The notes under the pieces are model-generated. The model was not told where the DNA came from, made no database searches, and saw only the letters and a list, made by a program, of their open reading frames with translations. A program made the translations under genes and the position numbers. Positions 28,044 through 36,561 of a DNA stretch of 48,003 nucleotides are shown here, piece by piece. Each line of letters begins with the position of its first letter. Position 1 is the stretch's first letter. Source of the DNA: an uncultured Candidatus Saccharibacteria bacterium (lineage in GTDB: Bacteria; Patescibacteriota; Minisyncoccia; Phycocordibacterales; UBA9988); the NCBI GenBank assembly GCA_964401135.1, contig CAYNXC010000001.1, forward strand, positions 72,775 through 120,777, read 5' to 3'.

Positions 28044-29497
28044 TTGTTTTTGAAGAGGATACGGTAAAACGTCAGTGACCAAAGCGCTAGAAAGACACCC
28101 ACACAGAGTTGCGCCGCGAGATAATGAAGACCGGTGGACTCGACAACTAGGTAGATAAGGTAAGAGTTAAGAAACATATTGAAGGTACCAAGCGCCACAT
28201 AGAGTGCAAATTGGGATTTGATATGCGAGAGAGCCCCATTCTTGAATGTCCAAAATTTTTGCAGTGTAAAGCTCACTACAAAGGCGGTGGGATAGGCGAG
28301 TGCAGCAGAGTACACATACCAGATGTTAAAGAAATCGGTAAAGATATACAAAAAGCTAAGATTGACAACAGTCGCCGAGCCTCCAGAGATTATATATTTA
28401 ATGGCAAACCATACTTTTTTACCCTTTCGCTCATAATAATGTGATTGAGAGATCTTTTTCCAATCCTCAACGATAGCGTGTGAATATGCTTCAACTCCCA
28501 CACAGTGGGGCTGGGGGGTGTGCGGTAGAGGGAGTCTAGGGAGAAGAAGCATGTCCGCTATTTTTTGAGCATCCCACGAGACAATAGTAGAAGGACTTAG
28601 CTCGCGAGCAATACCGACATCAGTAGAGACAATTGGGAGCCCACACAAAGCTGCTTCAACAAGAGAAAGTCCATACCCCTCATAATGTGAACAGCTGAGA
28701 TACACTGTAGCATCCTTATAGTAAGGAGTTACATCGGCTTTATGCCCTTCAAAAAATACAAAATCAGATATGCCCAGCCGTCTTGCCTCATCTTCAAGAC
28801 TCTGGCGGAGAGGTCCGTCTCCAACAATAGTAAATGTCGCATCAGGTCTCTGTGCATGAACAAGCGTGAAGGCATGGAGTGCAAGCGAGATATCTTTCTC
28901 AGGGGTAAGGCGAGAAACAGTCACAATGTGAAGCCCTGTTTCCTCTTGGTGCTCTTGCGGTGTAAAAGTAGTGGCAAAAAGAATGGGAGAAACAGTTATA
29001 CGAGATGGCTCTATGAGCTTTCGCTCAATGAGATCTCTTTTTATCTTCTCTGACACAACACGCACTCCTACTGCATGAGGGATAAGTATCCATGCAAGAT
29101 AAGAACGAATACGATTTCCAATACTGAAACGGGGAAATTCTCTACTAAACAAATCAGTATGAATCTGTATCTGTAGTGGTACACAGTAACGACGAGAAAA
29201 GTGGAGACCTATAAGACCCAAGAAAAAAGGATCTTGAGCAGTAACGATATCCGGCTTCTCTATTTTCTCTCCCATCGCAATAGCCAGATAGAGACCAGAG
29301 AGAGATAGAGTTGGGCTAATACTCTGCACAGTCAAATTTCCTTCTCGACGATCTCCTGTCACCGCGCGAGAAAAGATAAGTACTGAAAGTCTTTCACAGA
29401 GTCGTGCGTACTGAAATAGACGATGAGAGAGAGAACTTGTTGGGTCAAGGGCGGAACCATCACCAGAGATCATCAGTACGGAAGGATTCGTATTCAT
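28040..29497 (-). CDS. Fusion protein: GT4-like glycosyltransferase plus a C-terminal GtrA-like 4-TM domain
   Basis: 485-aa ORF. The GT4 motif is SHYEGYGLSLVEAALCGLPIVSTDVG. The C-terminal 130 aa (GGSATVVNLSFLYIFTDFF...FVVSFTLQKFWTFKN) matches the GtrA-family pattern. Confidence 0.65.
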   Translation of the reverse strand: MNTNPSVLMISGDGSALDPTSSLSHRLFQYARLCERLSVLIFSRAVTGDRREGNLTVQSISPTLSLSGLYLAIAMGEKIEKPDIVTAQDPFFLGLIGLHFSRRYCVPLQIQIHTDLFSREFPRFSIGNRIRSYLAWILIPHAVGVRVVSEKIKRDLIERKLIEPSRITVSPILFATTFTPQEHQEETGLHIVTVSRLTPEKDISLALHAFTLVHAQRPDATFTIVGDGPLRQSLEDEARRLGISDFVFFEGHKADVTPYYKDATVYLSCSHYEGYGLSLVEAALCGLPIVSTDVGIARELSPSTIVSWDAQKIADMLLLPRLPLPHTPQPHCVGVEAYSHAIVEDWKKISQSHYYERKGKKVWFAIKYIISGGSATVVNLSFLYIFTDFFNIWYVYSAALAYPTAFVVSFTLQKFWTFKNGALSHIKSQFALYVALGTFNMFLNSYLIYLVVESTGLHYLAAQLCVGVFLALWSLTFYRILFKNK

Positions 29498-30651
29498 AAA
29501 TATTCACATAAACGAGAGATGTGAGCGGAGGGAGTATATTGCTGCGCCGACCGCAAACCCGACACAACATATTCCTGTGTTCTTGTTTTGTCGGCAAGAG
29601 CGGTTTCCATGGCGGCTAGGAGCGCATCTGTATCTTCCGAAGGAACTAAAAATCCGCAACGCCCGCCTTCAAGCACTTCTCTGTTGCCACCGGAATCCGA
29701 GGCGATGACGGGGACGCCGAGAGCAAGTGCTTCAATGAGTAAGTGCGAGAGACCTTCGTACGTACTCATAAGAACAAGTGCCCTTGATTCGCGCATGTGG
29801 CGATGGAGCTCTTGAGAAGGGAGTCTCCCGAGGAACTGAACTCGCGATGCGACTCCCAAGGAATTAGCTAGAGTATTCAAACGCAAAGCGTCCGGCCCGT
29901 CACCTACAATGATCAGTAAAATATCGGGAAATTTTTTGAGTAAATCAGGCAGAGTGCGTATGATCAAATCAAATCGCTTCCACGGGACCAACCTGCCTGC
30001 TGTAATGATATACGCCGGGGTCTTGCCGCGTTTTTGTCCATTATCGTTATGAGGGTTGCCTCCAGTATTACTGGCGATCAAAGCGACATTTCTAATTACG
30101 ACGATACGTTCCGGCGAAACTCCCCAACGAGAGATGACTCCTTTCAAATATTCACTGGGGACTATGACGGAATCGGCAGAGAGGGCAACCGCCCTCTCAA
30201 GACGCGCAAGTATGCGAGCGCGCCATCCGTAAGAAGGCGAAAACGGGGTGCGAAGATATTCATCCAGAGTTTCCCTGATCATACCCGCCTGCACTCCCTG
30301 CTCCCACGCGTAATCGCCGACAACCTTTAAGATAAATTTTTTTCTCAATACTATCGCTGTTATCGCGGACGGAATACCTACAGAAATGGGATCGAGCGCA
30401 AAAATCGTCTTACGAGACAATGCTCTTGCAAAAAGCTCTGCGCCGTACCGAAGATGCCGCAGTCCTCTTGGTAGATGACGGAATCGTGAAAAAGAGACTG
30501 TACATAAGTCAAATCCGCAGGGAGGCAAAAAGCGCTCAAGCATGACCGTATATGTCGCAGGGCCGCCGATGTCAGGTGGGTAAAGTGGAGCAGCAAGTAA
30601 AATGTCTTTTCGCGTATGCGTCATAGCGGTTCTAGGTAAAAGAGATCTCAT
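29494..30651 (-). CDS. Glycosyltransferase, GT4-like
   Basis: 385-aa ORF with STYEGLSHLLIEALALGVPVIASDSGGNREVL. There are 4-nt overlaps with genes on both sides. Confidence 0.7.
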   Translation of the reverse strand: MRSLLPRTAMTHTRKDILLAAPLYPPDIGGPATYTVMLERFLPPCGFDLCTVSFSRFRHLPRGLRHLRYGAELFARALSRKTIFALDPISVGIPSAITAIVLRKKFILKVVGDYAWEQGVQAGMIRETLDEYLRTPFSPSYGWRARILARLERAVALSADSVIVPSEYLKGVISRWGVSPERIVVIRNVALIASNTGGNPHNDNGQKRGKTPAYIITAGRLVPWKRFDLIIRTLPDLLKKFPDILLIIVGDGPDALRLNTLANSLGVASRVQFLGRLPSQELHRHMRESRALVLMSTYEGLSHLLIEALALGVPVIASDSGGNREVLEGGRCGFLVPSEDTDALLAAMETALADKTRTQEYVVSGLRSAQQYTPSAHISRLCEYL

Positions 30652-31286
30652 ACGCGACCACAGACAAACACGAGATCAAACGAGAACATCCCGGGAAAAA
30701 ACGCATCCCATTGAGCGTAGGTCCCCAAGGGAGTGATACGAACCTCACCAAAATGATCTTTCAAGAGACCTGTTAGTTCACGGTAAGAAAAATGATTGAT
30801 GTGGGTCGGATCTTCCAGTGTGGAGTCTTTTTTATTTCCAAAAAACAGCCGGATCCTGTTCTTTAAATGGAAAGCGTTTGGAACAGAACCGATCAATACA
30901 CCTTCCGTCTTAAGAAGAGGAATAATCTTAGCAAGCGCACGATGCGGATAATAGAGATGTTCCAGTGTTTCTGCAAGTACAATTGAGTCATACGTCTGGC
31001 CGTGTAGTTCTTTCCATGCGCCGTGCAAATCCATATGAATCGTCCGTATGCCACGTGCAGCCGCTTTCTCGAGAGCGATCGCGTCAATATCAACACCAGT
31101 GACATCATTTCCAGAAACAAAATATTGGGTCAGCGCTCCATCGCGACAGCCGAGATCAAGAACTCTTTTGCCGGTACCAATTATGCGGGAAAAGAGCGCG
31201 CCTCGTTCTTCTTTCAAAATACTAAAGTCATCCCCACGGGCGCTGAGATTATGGGACTCATAGATTGATTGATTACTTGTTGCCAT
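30648..31286 (-). CDS. Class I SAM-dependent methyltransferase (MetW-like)
   Basis: 212-aa ORF with VLDLGCRDGALT (motif I), YDSIVLAETLEHLYYP and IGSVPNAFHLKNRIRLFFG. Confidence 0.7.
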   Translation of the reverse strand: MATSNQSIYESHNLSARGDDFSILKEERGALFSRIIGTGKRVLDLGCRDGALTQYFVSGNDVTGVDIDAIALEKAAARGIRTIHMDLHGAWKELHGQTYDSIVLAETLEHLYYPHRALAKIIPLLKTEGVLIGSVPNAFHLKNRIRLFFGNKKDSTLEDPTHINHFSYRELTGLLKDHFGEVRITPLGTYAQWDAFFPGMFSFDLVFVCGRV

Positions 31287-32412
31287 ACATTCTATTCAAT
31301 ACCCTTTTCGCTATACTTTCCCATGAATACTCTCTTTCCACAAGTAAGCGAGCTTTTCTGATGACGCTCTCTACATGCTCGCGATGGGTTGGATCAATGA
31401 TATAGCGCACACAGGCGGCTATAGATTCTGGATTCCGCACCTCTGCAAACCACCCGGTCTCTCCATCAGTGAGGAAGTCGGGTATACCACCAACCGGTGT
31501 CCCGATGACGGGGAGACCCACAGCAAATGCCTCTAAAAAAGAATTGCCGAGGCCTTCAGAGAGAGAGGGGCGAATAAAGATATCTGCTTGGGCAAGCAAG
31601 TCAGGTATCATCTCAGGAGCTTGAGTGCCGAGAAAAGACACTCGGGCACCCACGCCAAGATTTTTTGCCAATAGCTCTAAATTTTTTCGCTCTACCCCAT
31701 CCCCCACCACTGTGAGCTTCACCTGTTCAGGGAGGTGTGCAAGTGCTCGTATAATATCGTCCACTGCATTTTTTTTCACTAAGCGTGATGTTGTGATGAG
31801 CGTAGCACCATCCGAAGTCGGACTTCGGCCACTTCCGAAGTCCGACTTCGGAATCGGAAAACTCTCTATATCCACTCCATTTGGAATCACTACCGGCTCT
31901 ACGCGCGCGCCCATCTCGCGCGCCCAAATTCCTAGATACTGCGAGATCACCTGTATGGAATCGGCCCGTTTAAAGATCTCTGTGAAGCGTGTACCTAAGA
32001 CTTGCGCGCGACGGTGGATATGTTCTAGAGAATCCCCTTCTTGTAAGGTGAGAAGAAAGGGTACCTGTGGATGTGCCCGCTTGTATGCGAGTGCGGCAAG
32101 ACCTCCGTAACTTGCCATGATCGCCCAAACACAATCGGCCTCTCTTTTCTCAAGAGCCCGTTCTCCAATCCACTTCCCAAAAAAAGAAAGGAGTAGTTTA
32201 TCAAAGAAAGGGATGCCTATACCCACACGAATCACATCCGCTCGTCCGATATGCTCTCGTCGTGGGAGCGTAGCAGAGAGGCGTGCGGTGATGATGGTCG
32301 TGTGGAATGTCTCGGGAAAACGGTCGCTAATCTCTTTAAGCGCTAGCTCAGCCCCTCCGATATGCGGCAAATATGCAGTAGTATAGACGAGTATCTGTCG
32401 GGTGTCTTCCAT
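31273..32412 (-). CDS. Glycosyltransferase, GT4-like, carrying an in-frame palindromic insert in the interdomain linker
   Basis: 379-aa ORF with PSLSEGLGNSFLEAFAVGLPVIGTPVGGIPDFL. The linker PIPKSDFGSGRSPTSDGA is encoded by the inverted repeat at 31812..31851. Confidence 0.75.
   Translation of the reverse strand: MEDTRQILVYTTAYLPHIGGAELALKEISDRFPETFHTTIITARLSATLPRREHIGRADVIRVGIGIPFFDKLLLSFFGKWIGERALEKREADCVWAIMASYGGLAALAYKRAHPQVPFLLTLQEGDSLEHIHRRAQVLGTRFTEIFKRADSIQVISQYLGIWAREMGARVEPVVIPNGVDIESFPIPKSDFGSGRSPTSDGATLITTSRLVKKNAVDDIIRALAHLPEQVKLTVVGDGVERKNLELLAKNLGVGARVSFLGTQAPEMIPDLLAQADIFIRPSLSEGLGNSFLEAFAVGLPVIGTPVGGIPDFLTDGETGWFAEVRNPESIAACVRYIIDPTHREHVESVIRKARLLVEREYSWESIAKRVLNRMYGNK
31812..31851. 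repeat. Perfect 17-nt inverted repeat (two quasi-palindromic units) inside the GT4 gene
   Basis: ccgaagtcggacttcgg (31812..31828), ccactt, ccgaagtccgacttcgg (31835..31851). Unit 2 is the exact reverse complement of unit 1. Each unit is itself palindromic apart from its centre base. Confidence 0.9.
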
Positions 32413-32424
32413 ATAGAGAGCACT

Positions 32425-34110
32425 CTACCCGTTTTCTCGAGGCACCTCAAGCATTTGTTTAAGCTCCGCTTCTGGGACCTCTCTAGAGTCGGAAGTCGGA
32501 CTTCTGCTACCTTCGAAGCCCGATCTCTGCTGTTTAGGGACTGACTTGGTAACATTCTGCAAGAAGGACTTCAGGTCCTCTCTCCCCTTCGGCGTCGCTT
32601 TTGCTGAGACGCCGTGCCTCTCTGCTACCAAGGCCTCTAACGAGACACTGCCCTTGCGATCTCTTACCGCTTCACGGATGAGTTCCGCTCGTGGCGGAAT
32701 AGTAGGACGAGATTGCTGTACACGAGGCCTTGGGGGATCCTCCTCTCGCGAATGTTCTGCAAACTTTCTATCCTCTTTATTTGCCTTCTCAATAGATGAG
32801 AGCGCGGTCGCGTGCCACTCGCCAATCGCATGCTCCACCTCCTCGCGCAGGCGCGCATATCCTTGGCGGGAAGCTTCAACGATTCGCTCTTTCAGTCCTG
32901 CGCGCAATTCTTGCATCGCGTTCTCTATTGGCGGGAGCGTCTGTGCGGAGAAGGGAGGAGAGCCAACGCCGTCTATCATCAGAGTGAGATAGATTTGCGC
33001 AAAACCTAAGTTCACTAAATCCTCCTCAAGAAACTTTGGTGTAAATATTTTTTTTAATTTCTCGGCATCAAAGGGGCCCACGCGAAAAGCGATGGTCGTG
33101 CCCACATTACCAAACACTGCACTCTGCACCGTCTCGGGCATCTGGTCAATGTACTGATGCGCGATGGTAAGATTAAGTTTGTACTTGCGTGCCTCGGCAA
33201 GAATATCAGCAAAGGAGTCGTTGACGAAAGATTGGAACTCGTCCACATAGAGAAAGAAGGATGGCAGAGCCTTAAGCGCGTACTCGGAGGCACTGGCACG
33301 ACTCATGGCAGCAAGGTAGATTTTGGTAATAAGCATACCGCCCAAGAGGAAGGCGTTCTGCTCACCCACGCGCCCTTTGGAGAGGTTGACGATGAGGATC
33401 TTCTTCCCATCCATCACCTCACGAATATCAAAACTAGACTTGGGCTGGCCGATAATATTTCTGATGAGCGGATTACTGGTAAATTGACCAATTTTATTTT
33501 TGATCGCATCCCCTGCCTCCTGCATATAGCGCTCGTTATACTTTGCAAATTCATCTAACCAGAACGCTTTAACCGATGGATCAGAGAGATTCTCAACTAC
33601 CTTAGTACGGTAGTGTTTATCAGAGAGCATTCGGTTGACTCCGAGGAGTGTAGAGTCAGGGTACTCAAGGAGAGCGAGGAGGGTATTGTTTAGAATGTAC
33701 TCCATGCGTGCGCTCCACACATCAGGCCAGATCTTTTTAAACGATGACATGAGACCATTGGCTACGAGGTAGCGCTGATCTTTACCCACATCCTCCATTA
33801 CATTAAAAGAGATGGGGAAATCAAGATCATGTGGAGCGAAGTAGATAACATCCTTCATCCGCTCTTCGGGGATGTAATCAAGAAGTTTCTCCGCTGTGCC
33901 ACCGTGTGGATCAATGAATCCCATTCCCTCGCCATTGACCATATCTTGTATGGCCATATTCTCGAGGAGGGTAGATTTGCCCATACCCGTCTTCCCAACT
34001 ACATACACATGTTTAGCACGATCGTGATTTTTGATACCAAAGCGCGTACGCGCACCGCGAAAGTCGGTCTCAGCGATATACACCATTCCGGGCTTAAGGA
34101 TATCGGGCAT
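32425..34110 (-). CDS. P-loop NTPase of the FtsK/HerA/TraD-VirD4 (coupling-protein-like) superfamily with a charged low-complexity tail
   Basis: 561-aa ORF with Walker A VVGKTGMGKSTLL, Walker B FFLYVDEFQSF, and ARKYKLNLTIAHQYIDQM. The last roughly 140 aa are rich in Arg, Glu, Pro and Ser. Confidence 0.65.
   Translation of the reverse strand: MPDILKPGMVYIAETDFRGARTRFGIKNHDRAKHVYVVGKTGMGKSTLLENMAIQDMVNGEGMGFIDPHGGTAEKLLDYIPEERMKDVIYFAPHDLDFPISFNVMEDVGKDQRYLVANGLMSSFKKIWPDVWSARMEYILNNTLLALLEYPDSTLLGVNRMLSDKHYRTKVVENLSDPSVKAFWLDEFAKYNERYMQEAGDAIKNKIGQFTSNPLIRNIIGQPKSSFDIREVMDGKKILIVNLSKGRVGEQNAFLLGGMLITKIYLAAMSRASASEYALKALPSFFLYVDEFQSFVNDSFADILAEARKYKLNLTIAHQYIDQMPETVQSAVFGNVGTTIAFRVGPFDAEKLKKIFTPKFLEEDLVNLGFAQIYLTLMIDGVGSPPFSAQTLPPIENAMQELRAGLKERIVEASRQGYARLREEVEHAIGEWHATALSSIEKANKEDRKFAEHSREEDPPRPRVQQSRPTIPPRAELIREAVRDRKGSVSLEALVAERHGVSAKATPKGREDLKSFLQNVTKSVPKQQRSGFEGSRSPTSDSREVPEAELKQMLEVPRENG
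32490..32529. repeat. Second, diverged copy of the 40-nt palindromic module, inside the ATPase gene
   Basis: cggaagtcggacttctgctaccttcgaagcccgatctctg aligns without gaps to 31812..31851 at 31 of 40 positions, counted by hand. The orientation and codon phase are the same. It encodes QRSGFEGSRSPTS, compared with PKSDFGSGRSPTS in the GT4 gene. Confidence 0.75.
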
Positions 34111-34114
34111 TACA

Positions 34115-34150
34115 ATTATAGTATAGCACTCCGCGCGCGCTCAAAGAAAA
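34115..34150 (-). promoter_or_regulatory. Candidate promoter placing the transcription start at or next to the ATPase ATG (leaderless or near-leaderless)
   Basis: The minus strand reads TTGAGC, 18 nt, TATAAT (34120..34115). An overlapping extended -10 box, TGcTATACT, is also present. TATAAT ends 4 nt before the ATG at 34110, and there is no Shine-Dalgarno sequence. Confidence 0.4.
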
Positions 34151-34235
34151 AGTCCCACGCATTTCTGTGTGAGACGGAAAGAGCTAAGTACTGATGGATA
34201 AGGATTGAGTGGACTAAGGATCTCAGTCTCTGACA

Positions 34236-34811
34236 TCAACTTGCAGGGATAAGAATAGAGTGATCGGAACTCCAGTAGTCATCAAGCGAGCTGAAACTCC
34301 ATAGCCACATGTTGCTGAACCAATAGAGACAGCGGACAGACAGAAAGCCGGACGAGTTACGGTAGAAGGTGCCCCAAAAGAATATGTACTTACCTTTCCA
34401 TTCTTCGGGGATAAGTTCTGGATGAGAAAGAAGGTAATCTAGAACATTTGCATTGAGAACTGGTTTGTCTTTGAGCTCTTCATAGAGCTCACTGCCTCCG
34501 ATGAACTTCCTCTCTAGTAATAGAGTAGAGAGATAGAGAGAAACCTCACTTAAATCCCAAGTAAACATTCCTCCCCTCAGGTGCTCTTCCATACTCCAGC
34601 CGTCGGGGATGAATGGATCGGCATCCATATCAATAATGTGTTTTAATCCTCTCTGTACCGCGAGACGGCAATCGAGATTTGCCTTTGCATCACATACATC
34701 CGCGAGAATACCGTTTGACAGCAGTCTCTGAAAGCGTTCTGGCGTCATCTCCTTTTGCTCCAACAGAGTGAGGAACTGCGACATCTGTCCGCTCGTTATT
34801 GTGGTGTTCAT
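34236..34811 (-). CDS. Hypothetical soluble protein (Trp/Cys-rich C-terminus)
   Basis: 191-aa ORF with no recognisable catalytic motif. Notable strings are ADPFIPDGWSMEEHLRGG and NANVLDYLLSHPELIPEEWKGKYIFFWGTFYR. It is flanked by non-coding gaps of 252 nt and 125 nt. Confidence 0.55.
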   Translation of the reverse strand: MNTTITSGQMSQFLTLLEQKEMTPERFQRLLSNGILADVCDAKANLDCRLAVQRGLKHIIDMDADPFIPDGWSMEEHLRGGMFTWDLSEVSLYLSTLLLERKFIGGSELYEELKDKPVLNANVLDYLLSHPELIPEEWKGKYIFFWGTFYRNSSGFLSVRCLYWFSNMWLWSFSSLDDYWSSDHSILIPAS

Positions 34812-35063
34812 GACAAGTCTCCTTATTTCTGATTATTACTCCGTTAGGATAGTACTTACAGTCTGAGACCAGATCCATCCGCCACGATGGATAAACTTTT
34901 TCAATGGACTATTTACCATCTGCTAGGATTACAAATATATATAAAAAGTCAAGTCGATGACACAATCTACTTACGATCGTGAATGGATGGCACTGACTAA
35001 CTATTCAACTACTTTATACTCGTTCAACCTCGTAGGTTGAACGGATGAAAGATTTAATCATGA

Positions 35064-36242
35064 TTACTCGTCCAATAAAGCACCACGAGTGTACTTGTTA
35101 GATGGAGCCCAGAGCATCCACGAGTCAAGACCGGCATCATAGGTTGCTCGTATCTGCGCACGCACCATGTCCGCCGTGTAGTCAGCGCCAATATCAAAGT
35201 CTTGTAACCACGGCCGTATCTTATCTGGTGTAGTACTTGCCGCAACCGCGCGCGCGAATCCTGCATCCGACACAAACTTAACAAGTTCGTAAGGTACCGT
35301 AGCTGGCTTCTTCCACCCATTAAAGCCATTCGGATAGTGTGATGGATAGATCATAGGTGCTACATAATCAAAATATTCCAAGCCATTTTCTAAAATCTGC
35401 CCAATGTTCAAATCAGAAGTCTCAGTGAGCACCATACCAAAGAGATCCCCCGAGACGGGCACTCCGAGTTTCTCTTTATGCTTTGCAATGTATGCGTAGT
35501 AGCGGCGCACTGCATCCGCCTTTGTCTCTTCACTGGGGCGATAATGTGGATAGCTCGCGTCAGAGACCGGCCCGTCGGAGGGGAAGCGAATGTAATCAAA
35601 GTTAATCTCATCAAAGCCGCGATCTGCCGCCTCTTGCGCAACCAAGAGACTATACTTCCACACCTCTGGCGATGCAGTATCCAGCCATGCAATTCCTTTA
35701 TTATCTGACCAAATGCTACCAGTAGAGGCGCGCTTCACCGCGAGGTCAGGGCGCTTGCGCGCGAGAAAGTTGTCTTGAAAGACGGCCACACGAGCTATTG
35801 CATAAATATTTTTATCATGCAGCTCAGCAATAAGCGCATCAATATCTTTGATGCGCGATGGATCAGCTGATCCATAGCGAGCGAGTTCCGGATTATTAAC
35901 AGCAAAAGAGATGTGCCCCGTGTAATCCTTCACATCAATCACGATGGCATTAATCTCTGTCTCTTCTGCAAGTCTGATCAGTCCATCACGCACTGAAGGC
36001 GTCCCAGCTACCCAGCTGGACATATAGATTGCCTTCAGAGATTTTGGTGTCTCTATGTGTTTTGGCTTTGGTGGTGGAGGCGGGACAACAGGACTACTAC
36101 TCGCAATGGCAAGACCATCATTAGCCGAGTAGACGAGCGTCTTATCCATCCACGGCGCAACAAAAAAGAGAATTGCAAAGAGCGCAAGCCCTCCAAGAAA
36201 AATCAAGTACTGGACCAGCGGTTCACTGAGGCGCCTCTTCAT
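35064..36242 (-). CDS. Putative glycoside hydrolase (DUF4015-like TIM barrel), membrane-anchored
   Basis: 392-aa ORF with an N-terminal TM helix. Motifs: KAIYMSSWVAGTPSVRDGLIRLAEETEINAIVIDVKDYTGHISF and FDEINFDYIRFPSDG. Confidence 0.55.
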   Translation of the reverse strand: MKRRLSEPLVQYLIFLGGLALFAILFFVAPWMDKTLVYSANDGLAIASSSPVVPPPPPKPKHIETPKSLKAIYMSSWVAGTPSVRDGLIRLAEETEINAIVIDVKDYTGHISFAVNNPELARYGSADPSRIKDIDALIAELHDKNIYAIARVAVFQDNFLARKRPDLAVKRASTGSIWSDNKGIAWLDTASPEVWKYSLLVAQEAADRGFDEINFDYIRFPSDGPVSDASYPHYRPSEETKADAVRRYYAYIAKHKEKLGVPVSGDLFGMVLTETSDLNIGQILENGLEYFDYVAPMIYPSHYPNGFNGWKKPATVPYELVKFVSDAGFARAVAASTTPDKIRPWLQDFDIGADYTADMVRAQIRATYDAGLDSWMLWAPSNKYTRGALLDE

Positions 36243-36528
36243 TTGGTGTTTCTATCGGGTTTACAATGTCAGGAACGATCTCTCCTTGAGCAAGCTCACG
36301 AGATCTATGCGTAGAGCGGCGTCTGGCGGAAGTTTTGCTATGTCCGTGTACATTGTGCCGGGATGGCTCGTATGGCCAGAGGAGATTGACTGCAATTGCA
36401 AGTACCGTGAGGCCACAAATGACAAAAAAGAAATCCTTAATTCCCCGCGGGATGCCGGCGTAAGGTACCACCAAGGTGATGAGTCCTGTCGCAAAGAGTA
36501 TCCAGTTTTTCCACGATCGGATAGGCAT
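36223..36528 (-). CDS. Small membrane protein (2 TM) with a basic/acidic tail
   Basis: 101-aa ORF with two hydrophobic helices (WILFATGLITLVVPYAGI; FFFVICGLTVLAIAVNLLW). It overlaps the next gene by 20 nt. Confidence 0.45.
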   Translation of the reverse strand: MPIRSWKNWILFATGLITLVVPYAGIPRGIKDFFFVICGLTVLAIAVNLLWPYEPSRHNVHGHSKTSARRRSTHRSRELAQGEIVPDIVNPIETPNEEAPQ

Positions 36529-36561
36529 AAGGAGTAGTATACCGGAGAATAGACTCTGATT

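Noticed and set aside
32546-32992. 148-aa + strand ORF, and other antisense ORFs in the ATPase tail
   Set aside because: They lie antisense to the ATPase C-terminal low-complexity region. There are no start signals, and the Arg/Ser/Ala-rich composition mirrors the sense strand.
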